Shown here one piece after another: positions 49,810 to 64,000 of a stretch of DNA of 64,000 bases (position 1 is its first letter; each line of letters begins with the position of its first letter). The stretch lies in the NCBI RefSeq assembly GCF_009914755.1, contig NC_060925.1; one strand, 5' to 3'. The notes beneath the pieces were generated by a model that was given only the letters and a program-made list of their open reading frames with translations, was not told the origin of the DNA and made no database searches. This DNA is from the human T2T-CHM13v2.0 reference genome, Homo sapiens. The position numbers were made by a program, and so were the translations under genes.

Positions 49810-50047
49810 TGACTTGAGGTGTCTTGGGTTTAAATCCCAGTCCCACCACTTAATCATTTGTGACCCTGAGCCCCGTGAGCTTTGATTTCTGCACTTGTAA
49901 AAATAGGCAGAATATTAAATACCTTTAGAGTTTTTCATGAAAACTAAATGCTACCTCTGAAGTTAAATGAAATTGTAAGAATGAAATAAATAGGGCTGTT
50001 TTAAAGAGTAAATGTGCTCAGTAATTGGTGTTCTGTAAATGTTAACT
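49810..50047 (+). mobile_element. MIR
   Basis: ttgggtttaaatcccagtcccaccactta...tgtgaccctgag. Confidence 0.7.
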
Positions 50048-50199
50048 TCGTTCTGAAATATATAGAGCAGGATGTCAACTTATGGAAAGAATGTAAATAT
50101 TTTTTGGTTATAAATACCAATGAATTTTTCTTACAATGCCAATGGATCTATACATACTATATGGATTATATTTAAGCTTTTTGCCTTATCTTAAAGCTA

Positions 50200-52056
<1,857 letters not shown>

Positions 52057-52074
52057 TTACATATTGCATTCTAG

Positions 52075-52250
52075 GTATGCCCTTGATGAAGGTAGTTAAC
52101 CTCTCTAAGCCTCAGGTCCTCTCTGTAAAATGGGAATAATTATTGCACCTAACTTATGGTATTGTTATCTGGATTAAATTAAATATTCTGTATGTAGTGC
52201 TTAGCAGTGTCTGACATATCATAAACACTTCATCAATATTAGCCATTACA
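52075..52250 (+). mobile_element. MIR
   Basis: ttaacctctctaagcctcag...ctgtaaaatgggaataat. Confidence 0.8.
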
Positions 52251-54379
52251 TTACTCTGGGACACTGGCTAAGACCCCTAGGTTACCAGAATTGACTTAAC
52301 TGCTCTTGTCTTCTTTTCACCTTAGGTATCTACTGACCTGGTTATCGCTTCTTCCTTTAAGGAGTATTAGAACACTGCTGGGGATGGGCTGACAAACATA
52401 CCAGGTATTGATGCATACAGTCCCCGGAAAGGTCTCCTCTGATTAGGGACATTTATTCTGAGAACCAGGTCTCAGAATTCTCTTTTGGATGCATCAAAGT
52501 CCAACCGATTCTGAGAGCCAACTTGGTGCGTATCCCTCAGAGAAGCCTTGGGGCCCGGGTTCCACACCATTCTGTATAAAAGTGGAAAGTTAGGAGACAG
52601 CTGATTCGCTTTCTCTGTAGAATTATCTTCCCACAACTCACTGTAGAGGTCTATCACACAATGGGTTTTAGTTTCTTTTTTTCCATTGCTTTCCTTGTTT
52701 TCTATTTTCATTCTTTTCTAAAATTTTCATTTCCAGAGCTGCTTCTGGGCTCTCTTCTCCCTGCGCCAACCCACCCCCACCTCCTCCCCTTTCTCCCTCC
52801 TTCCTTTTCTTTCTCGCTCTTCCTCTTCGTCTCTCTTGAGACAGGTCTAGTGGCCTGGTTGCCATCTGCTGCCTTTTTTTTTTATAAGGTTGAGATCAGA
52901 TGGCATCTAATCGATCGTCATGGTCTCCATGGTTACCAGGGTGACAGAGTACTTGGGAGAGACACATTCTCGAGCCTGGGGCTGTCAGACCATTCCTGAG
53001 AGGGGAAAGGAAATAAAACCCCTTCCATCATATTTACACCTTTACATCTTTCTCAAATGCAGCAAAACACAGACCCTGTTTATGTTTTACATAGTGACCT
53101 AGTGGCTTGAGGCCAGGGAATGCAGAGTGGCTTTTTTCTATTTAAAAAAATGCACAAGGACAGAAGTAAAGGGTTTTTTGTTTTTTTGTTTTTTAGCCTC
53201 AGAACCATCCCTTCCCCTCCCTGCTCCATACAGACCATCCCTTTTATCATTTTTTTTTCTTTTCCCTTTAAATGTTTGGGAATTAATTCAGTAATTCTAC
53301 TGAGTTGTTATTCTTCCAATAAATCATGGTAGTTCTAAAAGTGACAATTGACAGCTATTTGCTTTAGGGAAAGAAATAACCTTCATAAAATTACCAACAC
53401 TTTCACTTTTGATTAGAATCAGTGTTAATGTTAATGTTAGTTGTTCTTTGGCCAAGCATTTGTAATATAGGAAGCCATTTTTCCCACAAAGAGCAGCTTC
53501 ATATGATAAAATGTAAACAAAATGACCCTTATTCTTAATGCAAAAAGTGCTTAGGCATGACTGTGGTCTGTAATGCTTTAATGCCTAGGGGCTGGCCAGT
53601 CTGGCAGAAATACATCCAGGCCTTACTCTAATAGAATATGATGGCGTTGACAGCCCAGATCTGGTGGAAAGAGACGTGAGGAAGATCTTGGTAATAAGGA
53701 TATATAGCTAATGGGAAAAGGGCTAGATTTCTGGAGTAACTCAGAAATAAGAAAACAACCAATTATCATACCATTAAATAATGTTAAAATTACATAAGGA
53801 ATACCATCCTTGGCATATTAAAACGCCTTTAATATTAGGCACAGATGACTTGGGCTATAAGCTGCTTTACTTCCTTTTCTGGTAATATGTTATGCTTCAT
53901 AACACTTACTAGAAATTCTCCCCTTTTTTTGTGTTTGTCAGAGAAAACCGAACTTAAAATTATAGCACAGGTACAAGGCCTATCTATAGGTGATTTTTTT
54001 TTCATTTAAAGAAAAAATATAATGCCAAACCATGAGCAGTGCTTGCTTGCTTCCTTCCTTCTTTTGTCTCTGACTTCCCTTCAGACCTCCTGCATCTTCT
54101 TCTGTACAGTTCCTAGTAAGATTCAGATATATTCATTTGCAGTGCCTTTGGCTGTTAAGCAAATAGCACAGTGATATTTGAAATAGAAATGATGCCATCA
54201 ATTGGAGGAGAGACTTTAATATAAAGGGAAAATAATGTATCATGAACAAAAACCTTCTTATTCATTTTGGACCTTTGCATCTTAGCTAATGCTTGCCTCT
54301 CTTTCCCTCTCTGCAATTCCTCCTATTCTCTCCCTCTTTACTGGTGAGTTCAATCATTGAATGGCCGGGGGAACTGCTT

Positions 54380-54635
54380 TTATTTAATTCTCACCTCCCC
54401 AGAAAAGCTTTCCCCAAATTCCCCATCACAGACTTCTGAACTCCTAGTGTTCTTTTGGTCTGTGCTTCTCATTCAGGACTTAGCTGTGTTGCCTTTCACC
54501 CCGGCTTATGTATTTGTCATGTTTATCTGTTGCCTCTTATTTACATTGTAAGCTCCAGAAAAGAGAGACCATTTCCTCTGCTTCTGGGCTTCTCCCTTAC
54601 TTTGTACCTAGTTAGCTCTTACTAAATGTTTGATA
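54380..54635 (+). mobile_element. L2 3' region
   Basis: tcacctccccagaaaagctttccc...attgtaagctccagaaaagagagacc. Confidence 0.6.
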
Positions 54636-56112
54636 AAGATAATAGCAGCCTGTTGTGCCTACAGGGCAAGCGATAGCTGTTTTTTCTTTAAAGACCAGGA
54701 ACCAAATTTGATTTTTAGCATTTCTTCAACTGCAGGGATTTTACTTTGTGTCAGCCAAGAGGCTTTCCTTACCTCCTTGTCTTCAGTACTCTTGTGCACA
54801 AGCATGCTTCTCAGAGAAGGTGGATTCTACCTTGGAAGGAAATGAGTCGTTTCCTCCCATCAGGACAACTGCCACAGCATGGTGTCAACTCACTCTTGCC
54901 TTTCGTAAATTGAGTTTGTCAGTGCTCAGCGACACAGCTGAGTGAAATGTTGTGTGATGCGGGCTGTCTCCTGGGAGAGAGAAACTGGCATAAACCACAT
55001 CCTAATGGGATCCAGAAACAAAGAAGCGTGAATGAAGTGTTAATTGCATTCATAAAGACATTAACAAAGGAATTAAAATGGCAGAAGCTTCAGTCCCCCA
55101 CTCAAGATTCACAGAAAAATATGTTATCCAAAGAATGTTTCAACAATAATCATCAAATTTTATTGCTTGCCCATTGGGGAAATAACTCTTGATACATATT
55201 AACTTTTCAAAGAACATTTTGGGTCCATTATTTTGAGTATATTAACTAACAGACAGTTTATTCCACCCTACCTCCAGTTCTTTGCTTGCTTTTGTATGAT
55301 TTAAGTTTCAAAAAAATCCAGAGGCATTTTCAGTGCTGCTTCATTAACCATAAGGATGTCTGTTAACAGTTTGAACCTAATCAATCCTACAGTTCTTATT
55401 AGAGCAAAATGCTCATTATCTGGGAGAATTTTTGCTTTTTGAAATAAAATTACAAGACTGGGGGTTTATTTTACAGTCCCTCTTGAATATTCCTGAGATG
55501 ATCTGCAATGTGGGCAACCCGGGGCTCCCTCCCCAGCCCTGTGGCAGGGCCCCCCAGCTGCTGACAGCGGGGCTAAGCTGGCAAAAGGTCAGGAGGCTGC
55601 ATTTCACTGAAGATGGATCGCACAGATGAATATTGCGCTTGCTTAATGAAGTCAAGGCCACGGATTTGGGGCCTTTTATGGTTCTTCTTGTTTCACTCAA
55701 TTTCACCTTCATAGACCACGCCACTAATCCCAGCCAATCATTTTGTAGATATGTGCAACTGGTGACTAAGGGACTAGATAAAAGTAAATGAATCTAAAAA
55801 ACAGTGACCAGAAATCAGAAATCTCTGTGCCTATAACAAACTCAGAATTAAAAAAAAAAAGCATGCAGAGTGAGTGTTTCGTGATCCTTGCAGAAACTCT
55901 GTGAGATATATGGAGCCGACATTCCTACCTTCATTCTGCAGGTAAGAAAGCTAAAACTCAAAGACATTAAGTAAAGTCTCAGGATTAAAATTCAGATTTT
56001 TTTAATCATCTGACTGCTCTTTCTGCTGTAGTCATCTAACCCTCCCAGGATCTCATTTAATTTTCACAAGAATCCTATGAAGTAAGACAGGCTGTATAAA
56101 CAAGTGGGTTGA

Positions 56113-56424
<312 letters not shown>

Positions 56425-57090
56425 TCCAGGAGCCATATTAATGCCACTAGAGGAGCAGGTGCTCTCAAGCCTCTCCTTAGAATTTGGCTGAACCCCCGGT
56501 TATCTAAAACGCTATGTTTTTCAGTCTTGTCTAAATCAATCATATTCATGGATGTGGCATCAACTCAATGGTGCGGGTTTAAAAGTGACGAAATTCTAGT
56601 TAGTTGTATGTATCTGGGCTGATCAACACAGATCGGTGAGTGGAAGGGGGTTCAGAAGTGCACATTCAGCATCTCAGAAAAGCTCCCGCATAGTTATAAG
56701 AATCAGACCAATTGAGTCTCTGGTTGCTTCTAATTCTGGTGCAAACATTGGGAACATTTCCTCCCAGACATGAACTATACATAAAATTCAGGTTATATGC
56801 TGTTTTGTATTACTTGTGCTTAGTATCACACATGTTACCATACTCTTAAGAGGTGATTATTTCTTATTAGAACACATCATTTAGAGTACTTGATTTCAGA
56901 ATTTTCAAATAATAGCAAATTTAGCTCCAGTGTAGCCATGCCACCAAGTTGTTCAGAAGTCTGATTCAAACAGCATTTTGAATTACCTAGAGAGTTTATT
57001 CATATTATTTGCATTTACTTTATTTATGTTTTTATAATTTTGTGTCCTAATTAGAAGGTCCTATTATGTGCTCTTAAGATGGAAGACTAA

Positions 57091-57402
<312 letters not shown>

Positions 57403-57695
57403 TTCAACTAATTTAATCTTACCTATCTATGGCTAGGTGTGGGATGCAAGATGTATAATAAACGGAAAAAAAATCAAAGTGAGCAGTTGGCCAGTTATAT
57501 ATTCAATCTAGACAATTAAGGTTAAAGCCTTACTTTTTCATCAATAGCAGAAGTGTTGAAATTTCATTCATTATATTTATGTAAAAATTAAGAGAATTAG
57601 TTCATGCGCCTAAGTCAGAATTGTGTCATTATCATAGGGTGGTTATATTCCATTTCCACTTATAAAATCAAAATGGATGAAGTTATTTTCTAGGG

Positions 57696-57894
57696 CTGCA
57701 CTGTCCATTATGGTAAGCTCCTAGACATATGTGGCTATTTAAATTAAAATTATGTAATCAAAATTAAATAAAATTAAAAATCCAGTTCCAGATTTTAAAT
57801 CCTTAATAGCCATGTGGTTAGCGGCTATTGTATTGGACCATGGAGATTTATAGAATATTTTTGTCACTGCAAAATGTTCTATTGAACAGTGCTG
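57696..57894. mobile_element. MER3 hAT-Charlie MITE
   Basis: TIRs ctgcactgtccatta / tattgaacagtgctg. Confidence 0.85.
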
Positions 57895-58387
57895 TTCTAG
57901 AGCAAACAACTGGAATTCACACATACCACAGAAATACATTCTATATCCAATCATATAGTTGTTTGTAAAACACCATATACAGTTTAGTGACAGTGACTTG
58001 GAGCGCCATCCTGCTGGGGCTTGGGCATCAAGGAAGGATGGTCTGCAGACTTCCCTCTGAGTGTGGACTGGCCCTGTGTGTCATGGGAGAGGATGATGAG
58101 CCAAGTCTCTGGAGAAAGGGCAGGTGCAGATGAGCCATTTCCATTTTCCACTCCTGCAGCTCCCACAACCTCGAGTCCAGACCTGCCGCCAAGACGTGCT
58201 TGTACAGAAGCCCAAACCAAAGCACATTTTGGATTAATTTTCTGGCTGTAATTTCTTTGCAAAATCTATCTTGTGCCTTTGATTAAGGACTTTCTTTCAT
58301 TTTTGCCATGAATTTCAATGAATCTGAACCTAACAGTATTTTCCACCAACCAGGACATTTAGCACAGGTATTGACCAAAAGAAATAA

Positions 58388-58761
<374 letters not shown>

Positions 58762-60461
58762 CCCCGCTGAACACTTTAAGTGAATGTCATTGTCTCATTC
58801 TCATTGACAGTCAGCAAGTAAACATATCCACAGACTAAAGTAAGGTCTCTCCCTACTCTGGGAAAGGTGGGACCATTCTTCGATATTTGTCATATAAGCC
58901 ACTTTAAACTTGTAAAAACTGAAAAGTAATAAATCACCAATCATCTTCTGTTCTCTGATGTTATCTCACTAGGACTCTGCTATATTAAGAAAGAGATTGA
59001 GGCAGAATGTTTTCACAAGATTGCTCAAAGTCATGTGCAGCAAGCACATGAGATATACAACTCTCATTGCTTTTATCACATAATTCTTCAAAGCGGCCTT
59101 ATTGGGCACGTGTTTTATTTTCTTGGTAGACTGTAAATCCCTTGAAACTGCTAATTATACATATTTGCATCCCAAAGTATCTTATACAGCGGGAGGTGCT
59201 CTGTACCTTGGTTCAACCTTATCAATATTCACTGAACAAGTGAATGAATGAATGCATAAAGGAGAACCCTGGTAACAAATTTGTCTAGCCTAATTGTGGT
59301 AAGTTTTGGCTGATAGGTATAGAAGAGTGGCGGGGGGGAGAGGTGCAAAATTTGAGAAGAAACATAGATTGTGAGCTCATTGAAAAGGTATCATTTCAAA
59401 GTTTCCTTTGAATCTCCATAGGGATATGATGAAAGAGAAAATATTTTTAAGGGCAACTGTGAATTTCAATTACTGGAGCAGAGGATCAGAGAAGAGTTGC
59501 ATCCAATCTATTGTCTTTCAAAAGAATTTCTTTGCTGACATTCTGCCTGGAAGTAGGAAACGTAAAAATATTGTATTAATTTGTAGTGTATAATTTTGTA
59601 TTAATAGCCAAGTGGCACGATAATGGAATCAATTGACATTGCAAATAGGATGAAAATAGAATGAACATAATTGAACTGAAGCCTATATACTTTTTCACAA
59701 ATTTGAATGAAAATGAATCCCAAAACAAAAGTGACCACTTTGTAATCTGTCCTCATACTCAGATCACCCCTGATAAGTCAGCACTCAACCCAATCTTCAA
59801 TATTTCCAAGTAAAGAGAACCACAGGGGTATGTTAAAGGCCATAAAAGGGAGTTTAAGCAAATATTTCTAACCTCTTTTGTGCTTTAACAATGCCAGTCA
59901 CCAACTTAAGCAAGTTTTTTGATGTAACTTTCTAGGTCATGTATCTTTAAATCACCATGACTCATATTTGTCTCTGTTCCAACTGTTTTCTGGTGTCTCT
60001 CTTGCTGAAATGGTTTCAATTAGAGCCTGGAAAGGGTTGATACAGAACTCTTGCACAGTGCTTGCCAACATGGGAATTGGTTTTAAACATTGCTGTTTTT
60101 CGTCCAGAAAAAAATTCCCGCTTCCCGCCCTTGAGTTAGAAGAGATTATTCTCAGACAGGCGTTTAGCTGATTTTTAATGTCAAAGAAACTTAATTTGCA
60201 AACTCTTTAGTAAAAGCCGCCTAGTAAAACAGATGATTAATATTGGTAAGCTCCTCATTTGCATATTAATTAGTCTCCGTACTCAACTAATTAAAACTGC
60301 ACTGCCTATTTGCGGACTTTCTTCTATACTGCAGCCTTGTTTCTATGTATAAGCTTGTATTTTAACTAAAATAAGGGTTAGTGATTATGACTGTACTTTT
60401 CTTAACATACCGATTTTTCCATCTGTGATACTGAGGACTCCTCAAGGTCCTAGAACCATCT

Positions 60462-61645
60462 TGAAACTACCTTTGCACAAATTATAACAGTGAGAAAACT
60501 GTGACATAGGAAAATTATGACAGCAAAAGAAATCTGTCTCAACCTACTCCATCTTGTTTTTAACCTCCAAGCTGTCCTTGTTCATTCCAGGGCGTAGGCC
60601 GGGCTAACTATAAAAGGAATTTCGTTTATAGTTTAACTTTGAAACAAAGATGATAATAGTCCCTTCCCAAACCAAACCCCCTTTTTGCCTGGGAACCAGA
60701 CCACCTTTGTAAAACTAACAAATTAGCCACAAGATTAGAAATTATGGCTCAGGAGTCATGCAGCCAGAGGCCACAAGATTCTAAACTTCCTGATATGGTT
60801 TGTATCTGTGTTCCTACCGAAATCTCCTGTCAAATTGTAATCCCCAGTGTTGGAGGTGAAGCTTGGTGGAAGGTGATTGGATCATGGGGGTGGACATCTC
60901 ATGAATGATTTAGCACGATCTCCTTGGTGCTGTTCTTATGATGGTGAGTCTCATGAGATGCGGTTGTTTAAAAGTGTGTGTTACATCCCCCTACCCCTAC
61001 CCGCCACTCTCTCTTCCTCCTGCTTCTGCCATATTAGATGCCTGGTCCCCTTTTGCCTTCAGCCATGATTGTGAGCTTTCTGATGCCTCCCCAAAAGCAG
61101 AAGCCACAATGCTTCCTGTACAGCCTGCAGAACCATGAGCCAATTAAACCTCTTTTCTTTATAAATTACCCATTCTCAGATATTTCTTTAGAGCAATGCA
61201 AGAACGACTAATATACTCCCCAATTGCTCCTATAAATAACATCGCTATTGTAAAACCTAAGATTGGTGTTTGAGATATTTTTCAGACCCTGCATCCTGAT
61301 GAACCAACTGGCACCACCCAGACTGGTAAACTGGCCCAACTTGTTCTGCCATCCCACCCAGAAACTGAAGACAGCAAGAAGAACCTGCTTCAACCCCCTA
61401 TGATTTCAGCCCCAACCCAACCAAAGCATTCCCCCACTCCCTAGCCCCATGACCACCAAATTACGCTTAAAAAACCCTAGTCTTCAAATTTTTGGGGAGA
61501 CCAATTTAAGTAATAAAATTCTGGTCTTCTGTTTAGCCAGCTCTGCATTTATTAAACTATTTCTCTATTGTAATAATGCTATCTCAGTAAATTGGCTCTG
61601 TCTGTGCAAGTGCAACAGGCAAGAACAACTGTAAGGGCAGTTATA
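60462..61645 (+). mobile_element. LTR8 (A/B-like) ERV1 solo LTR interrupted by MSTA
   Basis: tgaaactacctttgcacaaattataac...gggcagttata; 4-bp TSD atct (60458-60461, 61646-61649). Confidence 0.88.
60791..61215 (+). mobile_element. MSTA MaLR solo LTR
   Basis: tgatatggtttgtatctgtgttcctaccgaaatctc...gcaatgcaagaacgactaatata; 5-bp TSD cttcc/ctccc. Confidence 0.9.
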
Positions 61646-61691
61646 ATCTCAAAGCAGCCATTTTATTGGGCCAAATCACTTTTGTCCCAGT

Positions 61692-62039
61692 ATAGCCATA
61701 TGTTGCTTAATGACGTGGATATGTTTTGTGAAATGCATCATTAGGTGATTTTGTCATTGTGTGACACCATACAGTGTGCTTATACAAACCTAGATGGCAC
61801 AGCCTACTACACACCTAGGCTATATGGTTTAGCTCCTTCCTCCTGGGCTACAAACCTGTACAGTATGTTACAGCACTGACTACTGTAGGCGATTGTAATA
61901 CAATGGTAAGCATTTGTGTATCTAAAAGTATCTAAATATAGAAAAAGTACAGTAAAAATACAGCATTATACTCTTATGGGACCACCATGAGAGCTGTGGT
62001 CTGTTGGTGACTGAAACCATATTGTGCAGCACATGACTG
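61692..62039 (+). mobile_element. Tigger3a (Golem_A) MITE
   Basis: About 350 bp; acaaacctagatggcacagcctactacacacctaggc; ends cacatgactg followed by ta. Confidence 0.9.
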
Positions 62040-62165
62040 TATTTGTGAGCTTCTTCAGATTTTGATGGGAAGAAAACAGTTGGATGACACAGTGACTGGC
62101 AATAATTAAAGTGGAAAAGGTACCAAATTGTATCTCAATATTTGGTGTTTTTAAGTCTGGCTCTA

Positions 62166-62458
<293 letters not shown>

Positions 62459-62734
62459 GGTAAGTCTTGCTCTGTAAATGAATATATCTTTCCAGTATAA
62501 TTTTTTATATTTAAACTTAGCTACTTTAAAATTATTTAATCATTATTTTACGATTTAATTTTTAGTAAACAATTATTGGGTGGGAAAGCAGGCTAATTTG
62601 TTGTTAAAAATTATGCTTGCAGAAAAGCTAGTGGTTTGGATCACAAGAACCCAGCTTTTATTGATGAGAATGGATTTCCACTGTAGACAAAACAAAACCA
62701 ACTAAATAAACAAAAATAAAAAATACCTATGAAA

Positions 62735-63058
<324 letters not shown>

Positions 63059-63189
63059 TTAAGTACAGAGTCATCAAATGAGATTCAGGAGAAATTATAT
63101 CGGTCCAATAACCGAGTGACATTGAACAAATTGCTGAATTTCTCTTTCCTCTATTACAACAGAAAATAAGTATGCACAGAATATCCACA

Positions 63190-63465
63190 TCAGGCATTTT
63201 CTTATGACACCCTCTCCCCAAATTGAGTAAGATGTCACTATTAGATTCTTTCATAGCTCCCTGTGTTTACTCTTCTCATAGCCTGTACTTCATGGTATAT
63301 AGTCATATCTTTTTTTGTTCATACTCCTTATTGGATGCTTCTTCACAGCACAGTCTCTGTCTTGTCTATCATTATATCTCCCAGTGCTTAGCATTATTAC
63401 AGGCATTATATATCCCAGTGCCTGTGATATTTAAATAATTGCCAAATAAATAAATGAATAAACAA
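63190..63465 (+). mobile_element. L2 3' end
   Basis: tatctcccagtgcttagca...aataaataaatgaataaa. Confidence 0.65.
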
Positions 63466-63499
63466 ATATATTAATACATGGATAAAAAATAAATAAGGC

Positions 63500-63925
63500 A
63501 TGCGTTTTAATTATTTATGACTGTATGACAAAAAGCTCCAAAACTTAGAGACTAATAACAATAATTTACTATTTCTCATGATTCTGTGGGTTGCCTGGAA
63601 AGCTCTTCTGCTGTTTCACCTGAGTTCACTCATGGCGCTGCATTCAGTTGGGGGATTTCCAGGGGGTTGAGCTCAGCTGAGAAAGCTGAGGATCTGGACA
63701 TTTCTCTCTGTAGGTCTTTCATCTTCAAGTTGGCTCCTTGGACTTCTTAACGTGGTGAGAGCAATGTGCCAATGTGCAAACACTTACTGAACTCACATCA
63801 TGTTTGCTGACATCTCTTAGGCCAAAGCAAATCATTTAGCCAAGCCTAGAATAAATGTGGGAAGAAATTACACATGGGCATGAATACTGTATTTGGGAGA
63901 CCCTGAGTGTAATAATGAACCACAA
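63500..63925 (-). mobile_element. MLT1 (H/J-like) solo LTR
   Basis: ctccaaaacttagag...atttctcatgattctgtgggttg...ggccaaagcaaatcat. Confidence 0.75.
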
Positions 63926-63954
63926 ATGTCTCTACCTTAAGGGATTTCTTAATC

Positions 63955-64000
63955 CAGGGGTGTTCAATCGTTTGGCTTCCCTTGGCCACATTAGAAGAAT
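63955..64000 (+). mobile_element. MER30 5' end (cut by the window edge)
   Basis: caggggtgttcaatcgtttggcttcccttggccacatt. Confidence 0.8.

Overview
Primate genomic DNA, almost certainly human because it carries a near-consensus AluYa5. It is non-coding and dominated by repeats. I see no intact protein-coding gene, and nearly every ORF in the track is an Alu, L1 or random read-through. Repeat content: 34 Alu/FLAM copies; fossil L1M, L2, MIR and L3/CR1 fragments; solo LTRs (MER41B-like, MER61-like, LTR8 containing MSTA, LTR33, LTR16A, several MLT1); and DNA transposons (Tigger2, Tigger3a/b, MER2, MER3, MER20, MER30, MADE2, hAT-Tip100-like). There is one processed pseudogene of SPTSSA (46442-48537, 15-bp TSD, three Alus in its 3' UTR). 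Most notable: a STAT (GAS) site in the MER41B-like LTR, a p53 element in the MER61-like LTR, a zero-spacer head-to-head Alu fusion, a solo poly(A) insertion with a 16-bp TSD, a possibly polymorphic AluYa5, an 86-codon open CR1 reverse-transcriptase remnant, a 69-bp tandem duplication, several transcription-factor motif clusters and two candidate non-coding exons. I found no evidence of a new biological system. Subfamily names come from recalled consensus sequences and need RepeatMasker/Dfam confirmation. Boundaries of old repeats are approximate.
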